Source: an uncultured Oscillospiraceae bacterium
Lineage (GTDB): Bacteria > Bacillota > Clostridia > Saccharofermentanales > UBA5734
Reading direction: 5' to 3'
Assembly: GCA_964403755.1 (NCBI GenBank)
Contig: CAYOHO010000001.1
Location: 1-26,432, forward strand
DNA length: 26,432 bases
A program made the translations under genes and the position numbers. Shown piece by piece: positions 24,176 through 26,432 of this stretch (positions are counted from its first letter, which is position 1; every line of letters starts with the position of its first letter). The notes beneath the pieces were generated by a model. The model did not search any database and was not told where the DNA came from. It saw only the letters and a list, made by a program, of their open reading frames with translations.

Positions 24176-25498
24176 TCACGCCAGCGCGGCGGCAACCCGC
24201 TCAGAGGTTTCGCTGACCCGGGCGCGCAGCGCCTCCAGGTCGAGGGTCATCAGCCGGCCCCGCTCGACGACCCGGCGTCCGCCGACCAGGACATCGGTCA
24301 CGTCGCGGCCGGTGGCGGCATAGACGACGCTCGACGTGACATTCTCGAAGGCGCCGAGGCGCAGCGGCGTGAGGTGGGCCCGGGCAGCATCGATCAGGAT
24401 GAGGTCGGCGCGCCGGCCTTCCGCGATGCTCCCGGCATCATCGCCGAGTCCAAAGGTGCGGGCGCCGTTGATGGTCGCCATGTCGAGCACATCGGTGACC
24501 TTCAGGCTGCGGATGCCCGAGTTCACGGTATGCAGCAGCATCATGCCCTTCATCTCGCGGAACAGGTCGCTGCTGTTGTTCCACATGGCGCCGTCGGTGC
24601 CGAGACTGACGCAGACGCCGGCGCGGACCATCTCGGGGATATGGGCGATGCCGTCGGCGATCTTCATCTCGCAGAGCGGCGTGTTGACGACCTTGACGTC
24701 ATGCGCGGCCAGCAGTTCGATATCGCGGGGCGTTGTCCAGACAACATGCGAACCGATCAGCCGGTCCGACAGGCAGCCGCAGTCGGCCAGGTACTCGACC
24801 GGCGTGCGGTCATAGAGCCGGCGGATGCGCTCAATGCGCCAGTCCGTCTCGGCAAGGTGGCAGGTCAGCAGGGCATCGAGCCCGCGGCGCTTCGCCTCGA
24901 CACGCTGCAGCAGTCCGGCCTCGAAGTCCTCCTCCGAAAGGCCGCCGATCACCGGCACCAGGCCCTGGCTGCGGGCCCGTCCGGCCAGGGTGGCCAGTTC
25001 CGCGTCCGAGAGCAGCTCCTGGGGACGGGAGAACTCATAGCGGATGTCCTCGGTCAGGGCGCCGCCGATGCCGACAGCCGTCATGGCCTCGGCAGAGCGC
25101 TCGCCCAGGCCCCAGAACATGTTCTCATTGATGAAGGTGGTTCCGGCCAGCAGCGCCTCGCAGTAGGCCAGCTGGCGGGCATGGAAGCGGTCGTCGTCGC
25201 TGATGAGGGTAGAGAACCAGCCGGTGGCGGCAAAGCGCTCGTTCTGCTCCTGCAGGGTCAGGTCATCGCCGAGGCCACGGGCGAAGGTCATGTCGCCGTG
25301 GCAGTGTCCATTGAACAGGCCGGGCATGAGGATGCTCCCGCTGGCGTCGATGCGCTCGGCAGCCTCGCCGGGCGCAACCGGCCGCTCGCCGACATAGGCG
25401 ATGCGCCCATCGGCGATGCCGACGCTGCCGATGAACGGGACATAGCCGTTGTGCTGCGACAGGATGATGGCTCCATTGATGGCGGTCGAAAGCGGCAT
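24176..25498 (-). CDS. Amidohydrolase-superfamily metal-dependent deaminase (MtaD/SsnA/cytosine-deaminase-like group); substrate unknown
   Basis: 440 aa with a GGAGGA ribosome-binding site. MPGLFNGHCH (HxH), CHLAE, GSHVVW, LGTDG, ATINGARTFG, GSIAEGRRADLI and DVTDVLVGGR. Confidence 0.88.
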   Translation of the reverse strand: MPLSTAINGAIILSQHNGYVPFIGSVGIADGRIAYVGERPVAPGEAAERIDASGSILMPGLFNGHCHGDMTFARGLGDDLTLQEQNERFAATGWFSTLISDDDRFHARQLAYCEALLAGTTFINENMFWGLGERSAEAMTAVGIGGALTEDIRYEFSRPQELLSDAELATLAGRARSQGLVPVIGGLSEEDFEAGLLQRVEAKRRGLDALLTCHLAETDWRIERIRRLYDRTPVEYLADCGCLSDRLIGSHVVWTTPRDIELLAAHDVKVVNTPLCEMKIADGIAHIPEMVRAGVCVSLGTDGAMWNNSSDLFREMKGMMLLHTVNSGIRSLKVTDVLDMATINGARTFGLGDDAGSIAEGRRADLILIDAARAHLTPLRLGAFENVTSSVVYAATGRDVTDVLVGGRRVVERGRLMTLDLEALRARVSETSERVAAALA

Positions 25499-25599
25499 CT
25501 GGATTCCTCCATGCGGTCGGATGGATGCGGGGCTGGTTCAGGTCGGGCCGGGTTTCCGGTGGGCGGACGCCGTCTGCGTGCGTCCGGCGGGATCATGCC

Positions 25600-26432
25600 T
25601 CAGTAGGCGGCCGCGTAGATGGCGGCGACATCTTCCGCGTAAAGAGGACGGAAGAAGCCGACCGGGCCGGAGCGGCAGGTGCTGCGGGCCAGGGCCTCCA
25701 GCTGGGCGCGGTCCTCGATCTTCAGCTCGCGCAGCGTCAGGGGCATGCCGAGCGTGCGGAAGAAGGCCGTCATCTGCTCGATGCCACGCCGGGCGGTCCG
25801 CTCCGGATCATACGGGTCGATGTCGACATCGAAGACGCGGCTGGCGAACTGGACGAAGCGCGGCAGGCGGTCGCGGTAGACATGGGTCGCCAGGGCCGGC
25901 AGCAGGACGGAGATCGTCTCGCCATGGACGGCATTGAACGTGCCGCTGAGGGGGGCGCCGATCATGTGGCAGGCCCAGTCCTGGTTGCGGCCGGTGCCGA
26001 CGAGGCCGTTATGGGCCAGGATCGAGAGCCACATCAGGTCGGCGCGGGCATGGTAGTCCGCGGGATTGTGCATGACCTTGTCGGCATTGGTGATGATGGC
26101 CTTCATCAGGCCCTCGCAGATGCGGTCGGTGGCCTCGGTCTCGACCGAGGTGGAGAAGTAGCGCTCGGTGACGTGCGAGAACATGTCGACGATGCCCGCC
26201 GCCGTCTGGCGCGGCGGCAGGGTGAAGGTGCGCTCGGGGTTCATCAGCACGAAGGCCGGGCGGTGGATGTCGCCCATGATGTCGAGCTTTTCGCCGGTAG
26301 CGGCATTGGTGATGACCGAGCCGTTGCTGGCTTCGCTTCCGGTCGAGGCGATCGTCATCACGACACCGACCGGCAGGGCCCGGGTGCAGGTGGCCTGATG
26401 GGTGTAGAAGTCCCAGACGTCGCCCTCGTAGG
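25600..26432 (-). CDS. Iron-containing alcohol dehydrogenase (BdhA/YqhD-like butanol dehydrogenase group), 5' end cut by the window edge
   Basis: The frame stays open past the track start (26361) to the edge: YEGDVWDFY...ALPVGVVMTIASTGSEASNGSVITN. Metal ligands are present in DMFSH, CHMI and VHG. Confidence 0.9.
   Translation of the reverse strand, partial: YEGDVWDFYTHQATCTRALPVGVVMTIASTGSEASNGSVITNAATGEKLDIMGDIHRPAFVLMNPERTFTLPPRQTAAGIVDMFSHVTERYFSTSVETEATDRICEGLMKAIITNADKVMHNPADYHARADLMWLSILAHNGLVGTGRNQDWACHMIGAPLSGTFNAVHGETISVLLPALATHVYRDRLPRFVQFASRVFDVDIDPYDPERTARRGIEQMTAFFRTLGMPLTLRELKIEDRAQLEALARSTCRSGPVGFFRPLYAEDVAAIYAAAY

Overview
A high-GC bacterial window, probably from a Bacillota/Clostridia-like anaerobe. 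That placement is inferred from GGAGG ribosome-binding sites, sigmaA-type promoters, a short Bacillota-type DeoB, a BMP/Nup ABC system and a lipoprotein with a Thr/Ala linker. It has 22 coding regions, two cut by the window edges, and no RNA gene, mobile element or CRISPR array that I can support. The genes form two catabolic blocks that converge on a bidirectional terminator at about 13022-13060. Block A (1-12974) is transcribed divergently from an AT-rich control region (6116-6476). Leftward it encodes a MOFRL/glycerate-2-kinase-like protein coupled to an enolase paralog, an AraC regulator, an AbgB-like M20D hydrolase and an AEC transporter. Rightward it encodes a YgeY-like M20 hydrolase, an ornithine cyclodeaminase/mu-crystallin (TynB-like) protein, a DUF3100-type two-subunit transporter, a C45 Ntn-hydrolase and an ArgE/DapE-like M20 hydrolase. 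Block B (13107-26432, all minus strand) is a nucleoside uptake and catabolism operon: Fe-ADH, amidohydrolase-family deaminase, two SDRs, a VOC protein, a BMP lipoprotein, uridine phosphorylase, an ABC ATPase with two permeases, deoB and an aldehyde dehydrogenase. The strongest novelty signal is the kinase/enolase pair. The enolase keeps its Mg ligands, catalytic Lys and phosphate-binding Arg/Ser but has lost the general-acid Glu (GDEGG to GRSYG) and two conserved His. The coupled kinase has also changed its conserved motifs (GGRNQE to GGPGQE). This suggests a pathway for a substrate other than glycerate. The second signal is a nucleoside operon with extra redox and VOC enzymes that canonical nucleoside salvage does not need. 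All family calls are from recalled motifs; no database search was run.
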